The notes beneath the pieces are model-generated. The model worked only from the letters and a program-made list of their open reading frames with translations, did no database searches and was not told where the DNA came from. 64,000 bases of DNA from Octopus sinensis (taxonomy: Eukaryota). Both the position numbers and the translations under genes were made by a program. This document shows, piece after piece, positions 36,206 to 50,149 of this stretch. Position 1 is the first letter of the stretch; each line of letters opens with the position of its first letter. The DNA lies in NCBI RefSeq assembly GCF_006345805.1, contig NC_043007.1, forward strand, positions 59,644,001 through 59,708,000, read 5' to 3'.

Positions 36206-36835
36206 CTATCTGTTTTCTTTAGGGGACCAAAAACGTAACAGAAATTTAGTCACATGTGGGCATGATCCGAAAAGTTCTGTCCTTGTATTTAGACATGTAT
36301 TAGGGTCTAAGCTGCTTTTCCAGATAAGCCATCTCTCCATGTCGCATAGACCGCACCTTCCGCTGCCGTTGGTATAGGGCTTACATCTGGCCAAAATCTT
36401 CCATTGTATGTTATAATCGACACCTTTATCTCTTAAAGACCAAATATGATTAGATAATTGTGTCGCTTTTCTTTTTTTCCAGTGCCTAAAGCTCAAAGTG
36501 TGGTTATTGAACCTGGCCTTGAAATTACCCTCTGTAAGGCCCACGTATTTCTTCGTCGAAACGGTGTCTTTAGTGGTTATAGAGTTTACGGTAGCTTCAT
36601 ATATGATGGTCTTGGACATGCAAGCTCCATTTAGCGGGCACAATTCTTTATTCCTGCATGAACAGCTGTTTTCTTGTGTTTTTTGTATGTTATGTTTGAT
36701 TATGTTTTTAAAATTGGTAGTTGAACTAAAACTAATTTTTAAATTGTGTCTATTGAAGAGTTTCCTATAAGTATGGTTAACTGGAAAATGTCTATCTATC
36801 AGTGCTAGGAAATATTTACCTATATTGAAGGCCAC
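36206..36835 (-). pseudogene. PLE C-terminal linker and GIY-YIG endonuclease (open 209-aa frame, no RT)
   Basis: CSCRNKELCPLNGAC, IIYEATV...YVGLTEGNFKARFNNH, LSNHIWSL, CGLCDME, LNTRTELFGSCPH. Confidence 0.85.
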
Positions 36836-37239
36836 CTCGGGTAAGTAAGGGGGCGTAAACCAGATGACCTTCCTATTTCTATTATTCCTTTTCCTTACTG
36901 TTGGGCTAGTGATAGGTGTATATTTTATTTTTTCGCTAAAACCACTATCTTTTAAAGCGGCAATTCGGTCGATGTAGCCAATTTACCCCTCCCTTAAATT
37001 GGTGGCCTTGTGCCAAAATTTGAAACCATTGTTATTATTGTTATTGATATTGTTGTTGTTACTGTTGTTATTTAGTAGTTGTGCTGGTGGTAATAATAAT
37101 AGTCGTCAAATTTAAAACCATTAAGTATTTAGTTGTCTCTTTAGTACCCGAATTCACATCTCACCGGAGCAAATGCTTACTTTCATTCAGGTTTGTTTAA
37201 TAAAACTAGATAATATACCCCTGGTTTATTCCTCTCCCA

Positions 37240-40200
37240 GCGAATTTCACACCTTATCACCTTCCAGGTAACACCAGAGATGTCTCAGCCTCAACGCATG
37301 TCTGCGCATCATTAGCCAGGGCATCCCTAACCCACACTTTAGCGGTTCCTGGCAGCAAACGGAGCACCTCACAAGTGGCTTTTCTACCTTCCACAAAAAG
37401 CAGAAAAGGAGGCATTCAACTTGTTTAGCTACGAATCGGGGCAAGGGACAACGGTCAGGCGGTAGGTGATTACAGATGCAATAAACACCTGTACCACCTC
37501 CGACCTTCCTTTCAAGGGCAGAGCCCTTCCGGACCAAGTCCGGATTTGAGCCTCCACCTTGTCTGCCACCTCGCTCCAATTTTTCTCCGTCTGGGAGTCC
37601 GGTCCTAACCAAACTCCATCAATTTAACTGGCCATCTGTCCAGTGACACACGACACTGGACGATATCAACTTGCTCCTCCAGTTGTCGAGGCGCAAGCCG
37701 ATGGACTTGTCCTTGTTAACTTTTGGCCCTGCCACTGCCTCGTATCCTTTGATAGCGTCCTCTACACAAGGTAGCTGTGCTTCATTGGACATGATGAAGG
37801 TGACGTAATCCGCGTAAGCAGAGACCGACTTACCGCATCCGATTTCATTAGGGTTGCCTCTCAACTTCCCCAACTTCCGCAGCAATGACTCAAGAGCAAA
37901 CGCGTACAGAAGCGGAGACAGGAGTCACCCTTGACGAACTGAGCGCTTAATCGAAAACGGCTTTGCCAGTTTGTACATGTGCTGGTCAGTAGGTCCCCGA
38001 ACAAGTCCGGCAGATACGATAAAACTCATAGGGTAGACTATCCAGCCCCGGTGACTTGTTCTCGGCCAACACCTCTTGTACCTCCGCAGGAGTAATCGGT
38101 TCTTCACAGCATTCCGCCTCCCGTGCTGAGAGTCGCGGCCCACCGGCTAGGAAGTCCTTTAAGGGCTCCCCACGCTAAAGCACGTAGCTCTCCCCAAACA
38201 ACCGAACGAAATGGTGGTGAAAGGCCTTTTGCATCATTTCCTGTCCATAGATCTGTCACCCCTGCTCGTCAGTTAAAGACTTTATAGAGGCTTTTTTGCC
38301 CATCTGACACTCCACACGACGGGCCCATCCGGTAACGTTAATACTTTCTCGACCCACTGCACGGAGCTTAGCTCTAACTCTGCAGTCGTCGTGTTTGGCT
38401 TTGAGGTGACTGTATAAGACCGTTCTCGTCGCCAGCACTCTAGCTGCAGAGCCAGATTCCATAGCCTCGTCTAAATGCTTAACTAGTTTCCTTTCTATTC
38501 TAGATCTATCTAAAATTAGCTGATTGCTAAATCTAATAGACTCTAAACGAATGGCTCTCTTGAGGGTGTGCCACCATCTATTATTAATCAGGGCACGGAA
38601 GTCTTCACAAGTCAAAATAGACTTGTTCATCTTCCAGTACCCGGGTCCCTGTCTATGATATTATCTATATGTACCTCACACGCCACAAATTTGTGATCCG
38701 TGTAAGGTACAAGACTAAAGCTCTCTAGTAGACCCTTGAGGCCAGGATTTCCCCTCCTGTCAGTCGAGCCAACACTATCCACTCGTGCATCGAGGATAGT
38801 GTTAAAGTCTCCTAAGAGAACTACCGTTTTTGACGTCACTAGAAAGTGCTTTAGGTCTCGATAAAAACCAGACTGCCTACACTCCTTAGGAGCATAGATA
38901 GCCACCAGCCTGAGGACTGTTTACTCTCGTGGGTCACATCTAGGACGACCACCCTACCTTCTGGGTCCAGAAAGACTGTACTTACCTGTAAGACCAAATT
39001 CTTCCTGAGCAAGACTACCACGCCCCCTCCTCCTCATCGGCTAGGAGAAATAGATTTCTCGTAGCCATTTAGAAGAGGCGAGAATGCTTGTGGTCCATTC
39101 AACTTGAACTCATTTGCAATGCATACATCTATATCTCGTGATCTGAGGTCGTTCAGGAGACAAGCTTGTTTCTATTTCGACCTCAGCCCACGTACATTTA
39201 TATTCCCTAACTTAATCGCCATAGTGAAAAATGGAAAAAAGGAGTAACTTACAGTTTGAATTTGGGGAGGGGCTGCACAAATTCGGCTGCCTCCCCATCC
39301 TTTTATTTTAATAGTGCAGCCACTGGGCATATTATTGGTGTAGCCGCTAGGCTTGTTAAGACTTTTCGTCTGCCATTTCGGAGCTGACGTCTCTGATATC
39401 CTTCGTATACCTTCCCTTCAGTTCCAAAAATAGGCCCGCGTCCATTTATTCGGAAGCGTATCTTTAATTATTTTCAAAACTTATGATGGCAGACAACTGC
39501 TCGTTTTTTTCCACATAGGAAACAATTCTTTCTTGTGTTTTGGGAAGGGGTTTAGTAAAAGGTTTCACAGTTGGGTTGGTTTGGGGAATTTTGTTTTGTG
39601 TGTCTGTTGTGTGTTTAAGTGATTTTTTGTTTGAGGAGGGGAGTCTTGGACTTGTGCTTTTTTCCTTTTGTGCGATACTGTGGTATACGCCATTTCATCG
39701 CTCTTATCTGTCTTTTCTTCCGCCATTGTTCCCTCTTTCGTTTCTGTTGTATTTTCCGGCTTTTCGTTTCTTCCTTTTACCACCTTAGCAGCTTTTTGGG
39801 GAGAGGCCTCGTTGTCTTTCTTTTTCGTGCACTTTGAACGGACGTGGCCCTTTTCTCCACACTTGAAACAAAGAGGCTTACATCCCTCAACGGCTACTCT
39901 CATGGCTAGCCCCTCCTCTACAAATACCCTATCGGGCAAATTTTCTAGCGTTTCGTTCGACGCTTGAACGACCATCTCGAGGGATTGGCCTTTCTAGTTG
40001 ATGGCTTCTTTTTTTTATTTGTAATATCGACAACGCCTCCTCCACGTCGTTTATGACTGTCGCTGCGACCCATATAACCTCATAACCAGCCGGAATCTTC
40101 TCTACTGTAATTTTCGCCATTCTGCGACCCAAGTACGTGAGTAACAGAATTATTTCCTCGCTTCTTAAGTTCTTCGTGGAGACCTCCCTCGCTACGTTAG

Positions 40201-41370
40201 CCGTTTCGAACTCGGCTTCCACCGTTTCGCTTCTCGTTCCACGGCTAACGTAGGTTACTTGGTTCCATATAGAGACCAAACATCTTTCAACGACGTCATT
40301 CTTGGCGTCCATAATTCTCTTTTCTTTAAGGTTGTAAATATTATACACTACCGTTTGCGCATTTATCGCTTGCACTTTTTCTGGAGAAGGCAGTAGTTTT
40401 GTGTCGCTACCACTTTTCCTGATAAAGTTACGAAACTTAAATAGTTGCTCCATTTTTACCTCCATTTCCGTTACATTGCCACCTACAGCGACAGAAAACC
40501 TGGGTTTTTACTTTTCCTGTGCTTTCGTTTCACCTACATTTTCAGTGGTATTACCTTTTCCTATCTCGGGAAAATCGTTTTTTGATGCAATATTAAATTC
40601 CATCATTATCTCCAGCTTTTATTTGTTTGGTAGCTATAAAGTTTCAGGCATTTCGTTGTAATATTTCAGGCTCACTGCACAAATTATCTGTAATCCGTAG
40701 CCCCAGCACTTCACTTGTTGGGTTGGGTTTATCATGCCCATCTTCACGTCTTCGCTTTCCTTCATCATATCCGAATAAAAAATTGCGGCTATTATCCACT
40801 CTGAGTCTATCCACGGTGGGGTTCTTCCTACCCTAATTCTGACAATTCTTTTGTCCAAACAGTTTGGCATCAAAGTCCATTTTTCTCCATGTATCAGCTT
40901 GTTGGAGGTTTTTTACGCCTCGTCTTCTAATATAAAGGTTGCCACTATCGACGCATATCTCTTTCCTCTCGTAAAGAACGCTATGTAATCTCCTATATGT
41001 TCTTCCAAAATTTCTTCTATTTCTTCTTGCAGCGCGTGTTCAATTCTATTTTTATTCGAAAATGTTTTGAGAATGACCGTCTTCTTTTCCATTTTCACTT
41101 TTTCCTCCTCTGGCAGGATCATTTTTATATTTGTTCCTTCCTTCTCTACCATACTATTATATTTCTTTATCCGCTCTCCATTCCACTGTAAAATCTCTTG
41201 TTTCAGCACACATGGGTCTAGGGGAACTCGATCTCCAGTCATTTCTGCATAACTTCTCATTTTTCTCAGTTATTCACCACCACCCAAGAAAACATACGGC
41301 TAGAGTTCTTCAAAAAAACAACAAAAAATTGTTCGAGTAGAGGTGGTGCTGCCTAATTCCCGTTCGATAT
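37240..41370 (-). mobile_element. Tx1/L1-clade LINE, decayed (ORF1 region, APE, partial RT)
   Basis: ORF1 CCHC knuckle CFKCGEKGHVRSKC; ORF2 start MAIKLGNINVRGL (ATG at 39222); APE IYAP and LLGDFNTILD; RT SVRQG, AYADYVT, KVNKDKS, GLGMPWL. Confidence 0.88.
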
Positions 41371-41410
41371 ATATAGTTTTCAAAGTGGCAACTAGTCACT
41401 TGATCTATAA

Positions 41411-41668
41411 ATTAGAAAATTACTATTTTTTAATCTCACAACGAGAGACATTCAGCAACAGTACTTTGGAGTAAAGATTGTTTGCCAACATAACATGACA
41501 GTCCTGGTTTAGGACGAATGTTGCTGTAATTTAGCCCCAGGAGACATCGTCTCCAGCTAGCTATACGACACGATCTGTGTCCTTATATTTTCGAACAAGG
41601 GAATCTGATCAAAGTACTGTTGCTGAACATCTCTCGTTGTGAGATTTAAAAAATAGTAATTTTCTAAT
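41411..41668. mobile_element. MITE with ~57-bp TIRs
   Basis: attagaaaattactattttttaatctcacaacgagagacattcagcaacagtacttt is mirrored at 41611-41668. Confidence 0.85.
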
Positions 41669-41862
41669 CATCTACAAATAGTCCCTAAACCTATTGTCCG
41701 GCTTTAAAATGGAGGCACACATTGGACGATATGGTTCTACATATCTAAAATCAAAGCAAGTATGGTCACGGTGAGAATGGCTTTCTTTGGCCAGGGATGA
41801 CCTGGAGATAAACAACAAGAATAATAAGATATGTGATCGGATTAATATTATTGTATGACTAT

Positions 41863-42068
41863 AAGGCGGTGTGCTTACAGAATCGTTAGCATACCTGGCA
41901 AAAGGTTTAGCGGCATTTCGTCCGTCTGTACGTCTTGAGTTCAAGAGGTCGACTTTGCCTTTCATCATTTTGGGGTCGATAAAATAAGTACCAGTTGAAT
42001 ACTGGGATCAATGAAATCGACTAATCTCCTCCTCCGAAATTACTGGCCTCGTACTAAAATTTGAAACC
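41863..42068 (+). mobile_element. tRNA-derived SINE (ggcgg...cagaatcgttagc family)
   Basis: Head, gactttgcctttcatc core and tttgaaacc tail. Confidence 0.8.
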
Positions 42069-42769
42069 AATATTATTTCATGATTATGTTGAATCGGTCG
42101 GTAAGCTGACTATGTCTAGCACTCAGCAATCTCATAGTGCAATCCATTACGTGGGAGCCATTTTGTATTACCTGCAAACTTGTCAGTGAAGTTATTTAAC
42201 TGGACATTTGCTTTTCTGCGTACTCTGTTTCGGCAGGTAATGAACAACCCGACAGTGATGATGTGTTTTGCTGATTCGAAATATGTATCTGACTCATTGC
42301 ATAGAGACGGGATGATGGAAATAGTTAAGACCTATAATGTCTTTCCAAACCTACCCCGGACAATAAGACCTATGTGTCTGCGTCGAAGTACCGAAGCAGT
42401 AATACTTGACAGCAAAAGCGGGAAGTTGCTATTCTAGCGCGAGTATAGAGTGTAGACACTTTCGACTCTTTCCACCGTCTAATAACACTGGATTACGTAG
42501 GTCAACTAACTATCAATGAATGGGAGGAGGGTCTTGCATTTACTATTATAGCTCAGAGGTTAGACGACTGCTTGTTGTTCTATGTGGATGCTGTCAGATC
42601 CCATGGAACAAGTTTTGAATAAGATGTGCCAAGGTTCATTTTCGGTTAAATTCCATGAAAACCAAGGTCATGATCTATCGATGAAATGAAGTACCAGCCA
42701 AATATTACGAGAGATATAATCGACTTGCCCCGCCTCTCCAAATTGTTGACCATCTGTCAGAATTAGGGT

Positions 42770-42981
42770 TATGACGTTGTTGTTATGGTGTTACTGTTGT
42801 TGATGTTGCTGTTATTGTTGCTATTATTGATGTTGTTGATGTTAGTGATGATGTTGATGTTAATATTGGTATTTGAAATCACTGCTACTACTGCTGCTGC
42901 AGAACTTGTTTTTGCTTCTCCAGTTGTCTTTGTTGTTTTTTTTCTTCTTGTTGCGGCTGCAACTGCTACTGTAGTTGTTGT

Positions 42982-43013
<32 letters not shown>

Positions 43014-43358
43014 TCGTCGTCGTTGTTGTTGCTATTTGGAACATTACACATCGTTCAAACTTATTGGTATCTTTTTCATTCTTTTTGTTTCTGTTCGCGT
43101 GCAAACACATTCCAATACAGACATTGTCACAATATGGCGGAGTAGCAGATACTGAAAGGAAAGAAGAAGCCGAAAGAATTCAGCGCAGTTTGTGTTATAG
43201 TCAAATATGTCTGCTTTATCTATTTTACTATGGCTTGCTGATAGAACTGACTTAGTGACGTAGAAAGATAGAGAAACAGCGACAGGAAGAAGGAAAGAAG
43301 CTGAAGAGAGAGAGAGAAAGAGAACGAGATAAAGTGAGGGCGAGAGGGTGAGAGAAGA

Positions 43359-43414
<56 letters not shown>

Positions 43415-43844
43415 TACTATGCCATCTTAGCTTAATGACGTCGATGCAAGATCCTTTAATTCGATTTAAAACAGCAGTAACATCACCACCGCCGCCACCA
43501 CTTCTGCCGCACCACTGCCGCCACTGCCGCCGCCGCAACCACCACCACGACCACGACCAACACCAGAACCACTAGAACCACTATCATTATTATCATTACT
43601 CCCATCATCATCACCAACAACAGAAATGTCAACGTTAAAAGGAAACATATTCCTCACCAGCAGCAACACCAACAAACCAACATTGACTTCATCAGAACAT
43701 TGATGATGATGATGATGATGAAGATAATAATAATGGTGATGGTGGTGTTTGTGGTGGTGTTTGTGGTGATGATGAGGATGATGATGATGTTGATGATAAG
43801 TATTATAATGGTAATTATAATTATAATTATAATCATAATCATAA

Positions 43845-43916
<72 letters not shown>

Positions 43917-44443
43917 TACCATGATAATGACAATGATGATGATGATCATCATCATGATCATGATGGTCATGATAAGGATAATGACGTTGATGATGATAAG
44001 TATTATGATGAAAATAATTACTGTTGTTGTTATTATTGTTATTGTCATCGTTATTATTATTATTATTATTATTGTTGTTGTTGTTATTATTATTATTATG
44101 ACGATGATGACGATTTTCAAAATCTTTATCATCGTCATCATCATCATCATCATCATCATCAGATAAAAACAGCAACGTCAACTTCAACACCAAATCACTC
44201 ATACCATTACCATAACCACCACTACCATCACTGCATCACTGTACCACCAGCACCCTTATCACTAACAAAAACAAACAAACAAAAAAAAACACTACCAGCA
44301 GCAGCAGCAGCAGCTGCAACAGCAAAAACGAAAACAACAATATGAAATAACATCAAGAAAGACTAACGCCAACAACAGCAAAATCAATAGCTCTTCTCCC
44401 AATGTCATATCACTACATCCTCTACCACCATTGCAACAACAAT

Positions 44444-44490
<47 letters not shown>

Positions 44491-44841
44491 AGACAGAAAC
44501 TATGCCATCATTATCATCATCATCCTCATCATCATCGTTGTCACCGTCGTCGTCATCATTATCCTCATCACCCTCACCCTCACCACCATCATAATCATCA
44601 TCATCACCACCATCACCACCGCCACCGCAAACATCATCACTGTCGTCGTCGTCGTCATCATCATCATCATCATCATCGTCATACCACAGCGACAGCGACG
44701 ACATTGACGGCGACACCAACGACAACCATGTCGTGTAAAAATTGGAACATCTTGAGAAATAATTATACCAACATGAAAACCAATAACAGTCGTCACCTCC
44801 AGATATAAGATTATAACAACGATGACGACGACGACGACGAC

Positions 44842-44873
<32 letters not shown>

Positions 44874-44875
44874 CA

Positions 44876-44943
<68 letters not shown>

Positions 44944-44960
44944 AATTGCCGTCGCAGCTG
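42770..44960. repeat. Trinucleotide low-complexity block (GTT, GCT, GAT, ATT, CAT, CAA, TAC)
   Basis: Direct inspection. Confidence 0.9.
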
Positions 44961-46671
44961 CTGGATAACTATTTGCAAGCAAACAACGCACTGTAACTAT
45001 AATACAAACCTGTAGACAAATATTCCTCAAATAAAATTCTATTGTCTACGAAAAAGAAAGGTTAAAATGCAAAATAGGTAACTAGATATAATTTTCATCG
45101 GATTCAGAAAAAGGTATAGATGTGGAAATGAAAAATCCGATATGCTATAAAATTTCTAGCTATCACCAACAAATTGTTATACATTAATTGATATTCAACC
45201 ATTAGAGTTAACTGAAAATGTGTATGTTGATATTTACACTTGATGAAACCTTAGAATGTTTAATTAAATGCTTGAGGTCTTGTGTATCTATAATACATTA
45301 AAAGTCAGCTTGAATCTTGTTTGCTTGCTTGCAATGTTACCCAGCCAAACTGGCGCATAATGGGAAAATACTATGAATTAGTTTCCCTGAAATGTTAATA
45401 CGAACGGAATGAAACAGGTTTCGCGTAAATCGGACAAGTAGTTTTTGAGATATTAGAGATTTTCGGGGGCATAAATACCCAAAATGGTGCATAATGGAAA
45501 ATATTCCGAAAATAAGTAAATCCTGAAAGGGAAGAAACTCTTACCTTTTGATTAGATACAATGACTTGACAACGAAAAAATACAATTTGATTTTTTACAG
45601 AAAATGTTTCTATTTTCGCTTTTGTCAAACACATTATTTCAGTCATTCAGAAATATTTTTAAGTGAATGTGATTTCAAAAATGTAAGTTGTTTGTACAGT
45701 ATTTATATTTTAGCTTTCTGTAAGCAAACAATATTTTTATATTTTTAAAAATTATTTTCAAGTGAATACCATTCCAAATTTTTCCTGGCATATTTTCAAA
45801 ATATTTTAAAGTGAAAATGATTTAAAAACACAGTAAACATTTCGTAAAAGACCCGATCGTAACCTCGGTGTGAAATAACTTTTTCCATCGTTCTTTTTTT
45901 CGAGTGCATTCAACGTATCTTACCTCCAAATATTTGGCTGCTATTTCTAGCACGCCCTGCTATCCTGTAACAGCTATTTGCAATAAAGGACCTGAAATAC
46001 CTGTTACATGGTAGCAGTGGGTGCAAGAAATAGCATCCAAATCTTTCCTTCTCTGGGAAAGGTGCCATTTACGCGTGATTTCGATGTCACATTCATTGAA
46101 AGCGTGCGAGATAACCTGGAAAACAAGAAAAAAATCCAGGAAACAAAATTCCGTTCCTGGGAAACTCAGACTCTCCTGGTGACCCAACGGGTCATGGGTA
46201 CTCCAGTATTTAAAATAAAAGAAAAGAAAAGAAAAATTCTCTGTAATATATAAGCTGACAATCTTGGAATCATTGGTTTGTGGTTTGTTTTGCTTCAGAA
46301 TATCTGCAAGTATGTTAAAAGGATTAATTCCATTGTTTTTTAAGTTCCATATATATCTCGTAATGGCAGTTCCGTTCTACTCTTCGTTGTAAAATGATGA
46401 AATATTGATGTAGAAGTGTGTGTGAAAGCTCCCTCAGTCATGCCTATGTAATGTTTGTAGTAATATCAATATTAAATGTCCGTCTTTTTCCCTATAAGTA
46501 CAACGTAGATTATATATATTATATACATGTAAATTTATATATGTTCATATGACATTGCATATACATACATTGTACATATATTACATTTCACATGTATATA
46601 TGTGAACATACTTTTACATGATCACTCACATACACGCACATATATACATATGCATATATATAAGACGATTA

Positions 46672-46709
<38 letters not shown>

Positions 46710-47022
46710 CTTATATATGCGTGTGTACGTACGTATCTATGATCATGTGTGCGTATGTTTGTGTGTATATATCAGATACATTACTACAAATTTCATAATA
46801 CACATTCCATGGGGCTGCTATGTCAGAAACGAAAATTATAGCTAAAATATTTGCTGTCCATATCAAATGAATCAGAAATGATACCGATGAAAATTCAAAG
46901 AAAATATTTCTGATAAATCGTCAACGTGAGATTAGATTTCCACAATCTCTATAGTTCTTTAGCTTTCACATACAAATTGTCAAACGTGTATTTTGTACAA
47001 ATACACGAAAAATTGCTTACAA

Positions 47023-47213
47023 TAGGTGTAGGAGTGGCAGTGTGATAAGAAGCTTCTCTTTCCAACCACATAATACCGGGTTCAGTTTTACAGCGTGTCA
47101 CTTTGGGCAAGTGTCTTCTACTATAGCCTCAAGCCGACCAAAGCCTTGTGAGTGGATTTGGTAGATGGAAACTTGAAAGAAGCCCGTCGCATGTGTGTGT
47201 GTATGTGGTGTGT

Positions 47214-47272
<59 letters not shown>

Positions 47273-47450
47273 TCTGTGTCTTTGAGTCTGTGTCTTTGAG
47301 TCTGTGTTTGTCCCTTCACTACCTCCGTAACGTTGTGGTTCGGCAAAAGTAACCAATAGAATAAGTACTAGGCTTTAAAAAATAAGCCCTGGGTCGATTC
47401 GTTCGACTAAAATCCATTAAGGCAGTGCTCTAGCATGACCGCAGTCGGTA
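47023..47450 (+). mobile_element. CORE-like SINE, near full length
   Basis: taggtgtaggagtggcagtgtg head, ctttgggcaagtgtc core, internal (TG)n, conserved tail. Confidence 0.85.
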
Positions 47451-48419
47451 GTTATGTGGAGAGGACACATCGTCTCATTCTAGCATACATAACCCGCACA
47501 TGATATTTGTCCTACGTTATCTAATCTCCGTTACCTTTAAGAAACATTTTTAATAATCATGAACTTCTAGAAAGACGAAAGGAATGTTAAAATTTTATCT
47601 GCCTTCCAACTATTTGCAATGAGTGGATGACAACAAAACCATAGCGGTGGCGCAGTACTCTGCTGGCCAATCGTGGTAAACACAAAATATCATATCCAAA
47701 AATATATACGGCAATTATCTTGACCTAAATATAAACAATTATGCAGTTGATCTAAGAGAAGACAAAATTTAAATACAGTACTCATATAACGTAGTTAATT
47801 TATGATAATTTATCGTTTCATACTTTATTCCAGTATACTACCACGGTATTGTATTTATATGCACAGAATCATACATATTCCCCTATAAAACCTCTTTATA
47901 AGACATTTTAAATCGTATATGATGAAACGTATTAAATATGTTATAATAGGGAAACGCCTTATACACTAGCAAATGTGGTAATCATATTACCTATTCAATG
48001 ACATAGTCTTTTATTAATCGTTCGATCCGTTAGAAATAACAACCAAACTTCCTAATATTCAATCATCATAAAGAAAGTAGAACATATTGGATAATAGTAC
48101 CCAAGATATACTATGCTTGAAATGTTTCGAACTCAGAATATGGAGGTATATATCTGAGTATTGTAGCACATTTAGTGAGATGTTCGCTACCATCTTTTAC
48201 TGGCCGCTGGCAATATTTGCCGCCAAATATATATAAATTTATTTATTTATTTATTTATTTTGCAATATTTTTCTCAAACACGTGGATCAATGGAGCGAGA
48301 ATTAATGGACGTAACTAATTTTTTGGAGACGTGGTCGGTTCAGCAAGTATGTTAAACTGAACAATAACAAAACACCGAAAGAGTAAGCAATTAACAAGTT
48401 TCCTAAAAATTTGAGGATT

Positions 48420-48453
48420 AGAATAAAACATCATCATCATCAACAACAACAAC

Positions 48454-48546
<93 letters not shown>

Positions 48547-48567
48547 AATAATAATAATAATAACAAC

Positions 48568-48608
<41 letters not shown>

Positions 48609-48975
48609 TAATGGTTTCAATTTTTTCCACAAGGGCATCAATTTTAGGGGAGGTGATGAGTCGATTACATCGACCCCAGTGTTTAACTAGTACTTATTTT
48701 ATCGACCCCGAAAGGATGAAAGGCAAAGTCGACCTCAGCGGAATTTGAACTCAGAACGTAAAGACGGACGAAATGCCGCTAAGCATCTCGCCCGGTGTGC
48801 GAAACAACAACTACAGCAACAACAGCAACAAAAACAACGGTAATAGTAACAATTTTTTCTACTATAGGCACAAGGCCTGCAATTTTAGGGGAGTGGTTAA
48901 GTCGATTATATCGATGGACGAAGAGCTGCTAAGCATTTTGCCCGGCGTGTTAACGATTTTTCTGGCTCACCGCCT

Positions 48976-49014
<39 letters not shown>

Positions 49015-49078
49015 CAGCAGCAGTAGTAGTAGTAGTAGTTGTTGTTGTTGTAGTAGTAGTAGTAGTTGTAGTAGTAGT

Positions 49079-49113
<35 letters not shown>

Positions 49114-49190
49114 CAGCAGCAGCAGCAGCAACACCAGCAGCAGCAGTAGTAGTAGTAGTAGTAATAATAATAATAATCATAATAATACGC
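48420..49190. repeat. (TAA/GAT/TAG/CAG)n tracts with two minus-strand SINE remnants (~48620-48800, ~48860-48975)
   Basis: Direct inspection; reverse core gaaaggatgaaaggcaaagtcgacctc. Confidence 0.8.
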
Positions 49191-50149
49191 ATCGAATGCA
49201 TGTGTGACAGCGAGCTGCCGGGAAGATAGATCAAATCTGAAACAATCACGAAGCAGGAATTAAGAATCAGCAAAAACAATATTAGAAAACTATGTTTTAA
49301 TGTAAGCTATCTCTGGAAACTAAAAGATTTTTCTTATATGGAGTATTTATACATATATACAAAAAATAGCTTCCCCCAAATGCGCCGCCACAGCAACATG
49401 TGCGTAAAAATGTAAACACATGGACTGCAATATTTCTATACGAAAATTACAAACCTGTGAGTAACATTTTAATTACATTCACATCCATATTTATACAAGA
49501 CCTCTGTATATACATGCACATTGCTGTTTCTTCTCGGTTTCCTGCTGATAAATCAATAATAATTATAACTACGAAAGAAACATCAACTCATGTACATGGG
49601 CGGTGTTCAGTTAAAAACGCTGTAAAAACGAACCCATAACAAAACCAACCAAAGGAGAAAGAACGGTGGAAAGAAAACCATAAATACGATCAAATAGTTG
49701 CAACATTCTTCCAAAACATACAGGAATAAACTCATACCGTACATACCCAGCAAAATGAACAAAGCCCACAATATGTACCATAGAAGGCTGATACCCGATA
49801 GAAGAACACAACCTGCGCTGCACAAACAATACACAATAAAAAAAACTAATGCAACAGAAGACTGAAACCAAATCCCATAACAAAACATACTGATACAATG
49901 CAACATCTCCCACCAAAAAATGCAGCACACACTCCATCCTACCAGCACAAAAGTTCGACAAATGGTGCAATAAAAAGTTGCTTGAAACTATCAGATGTCG
50001 AAAAATGATAGTGGTGATGTCGTTGGAGATGAATGTTACCTTATTTCAGTTTATGAGAGAAAGGAGTTTCCGAAGAAACTCTGACTGTAACAGCGAAAAT
50101 GAAGCTAGACTTGTAAGGGAAGGCCTCTCGCTCGGCAGTGGTTCAGTAA

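Larger units (their letters stand above)
35920..36945 (-). mobile_element. 5'-truncated Penelope-like element ending at (TA)n
   Basis: RKVIWFTPPY linker, GIY-YIG ORF, and a 3' UTR with an HHR-like motif, then (TA)n at ~35905-35920. Confidence 0.85.

Noticed and set aside
42180-42437. 85-aa ORF as host exon
   Set aside because: Non-ATG start, no recognisable domain, no supporting neighbouring exons.
49600-49970. Membrane-protein-like ORFs 49607-49970 (-)
   Set aside because: Product of a CA-rich plus strand; probably a decayed retroelement fragment that I could not assign.
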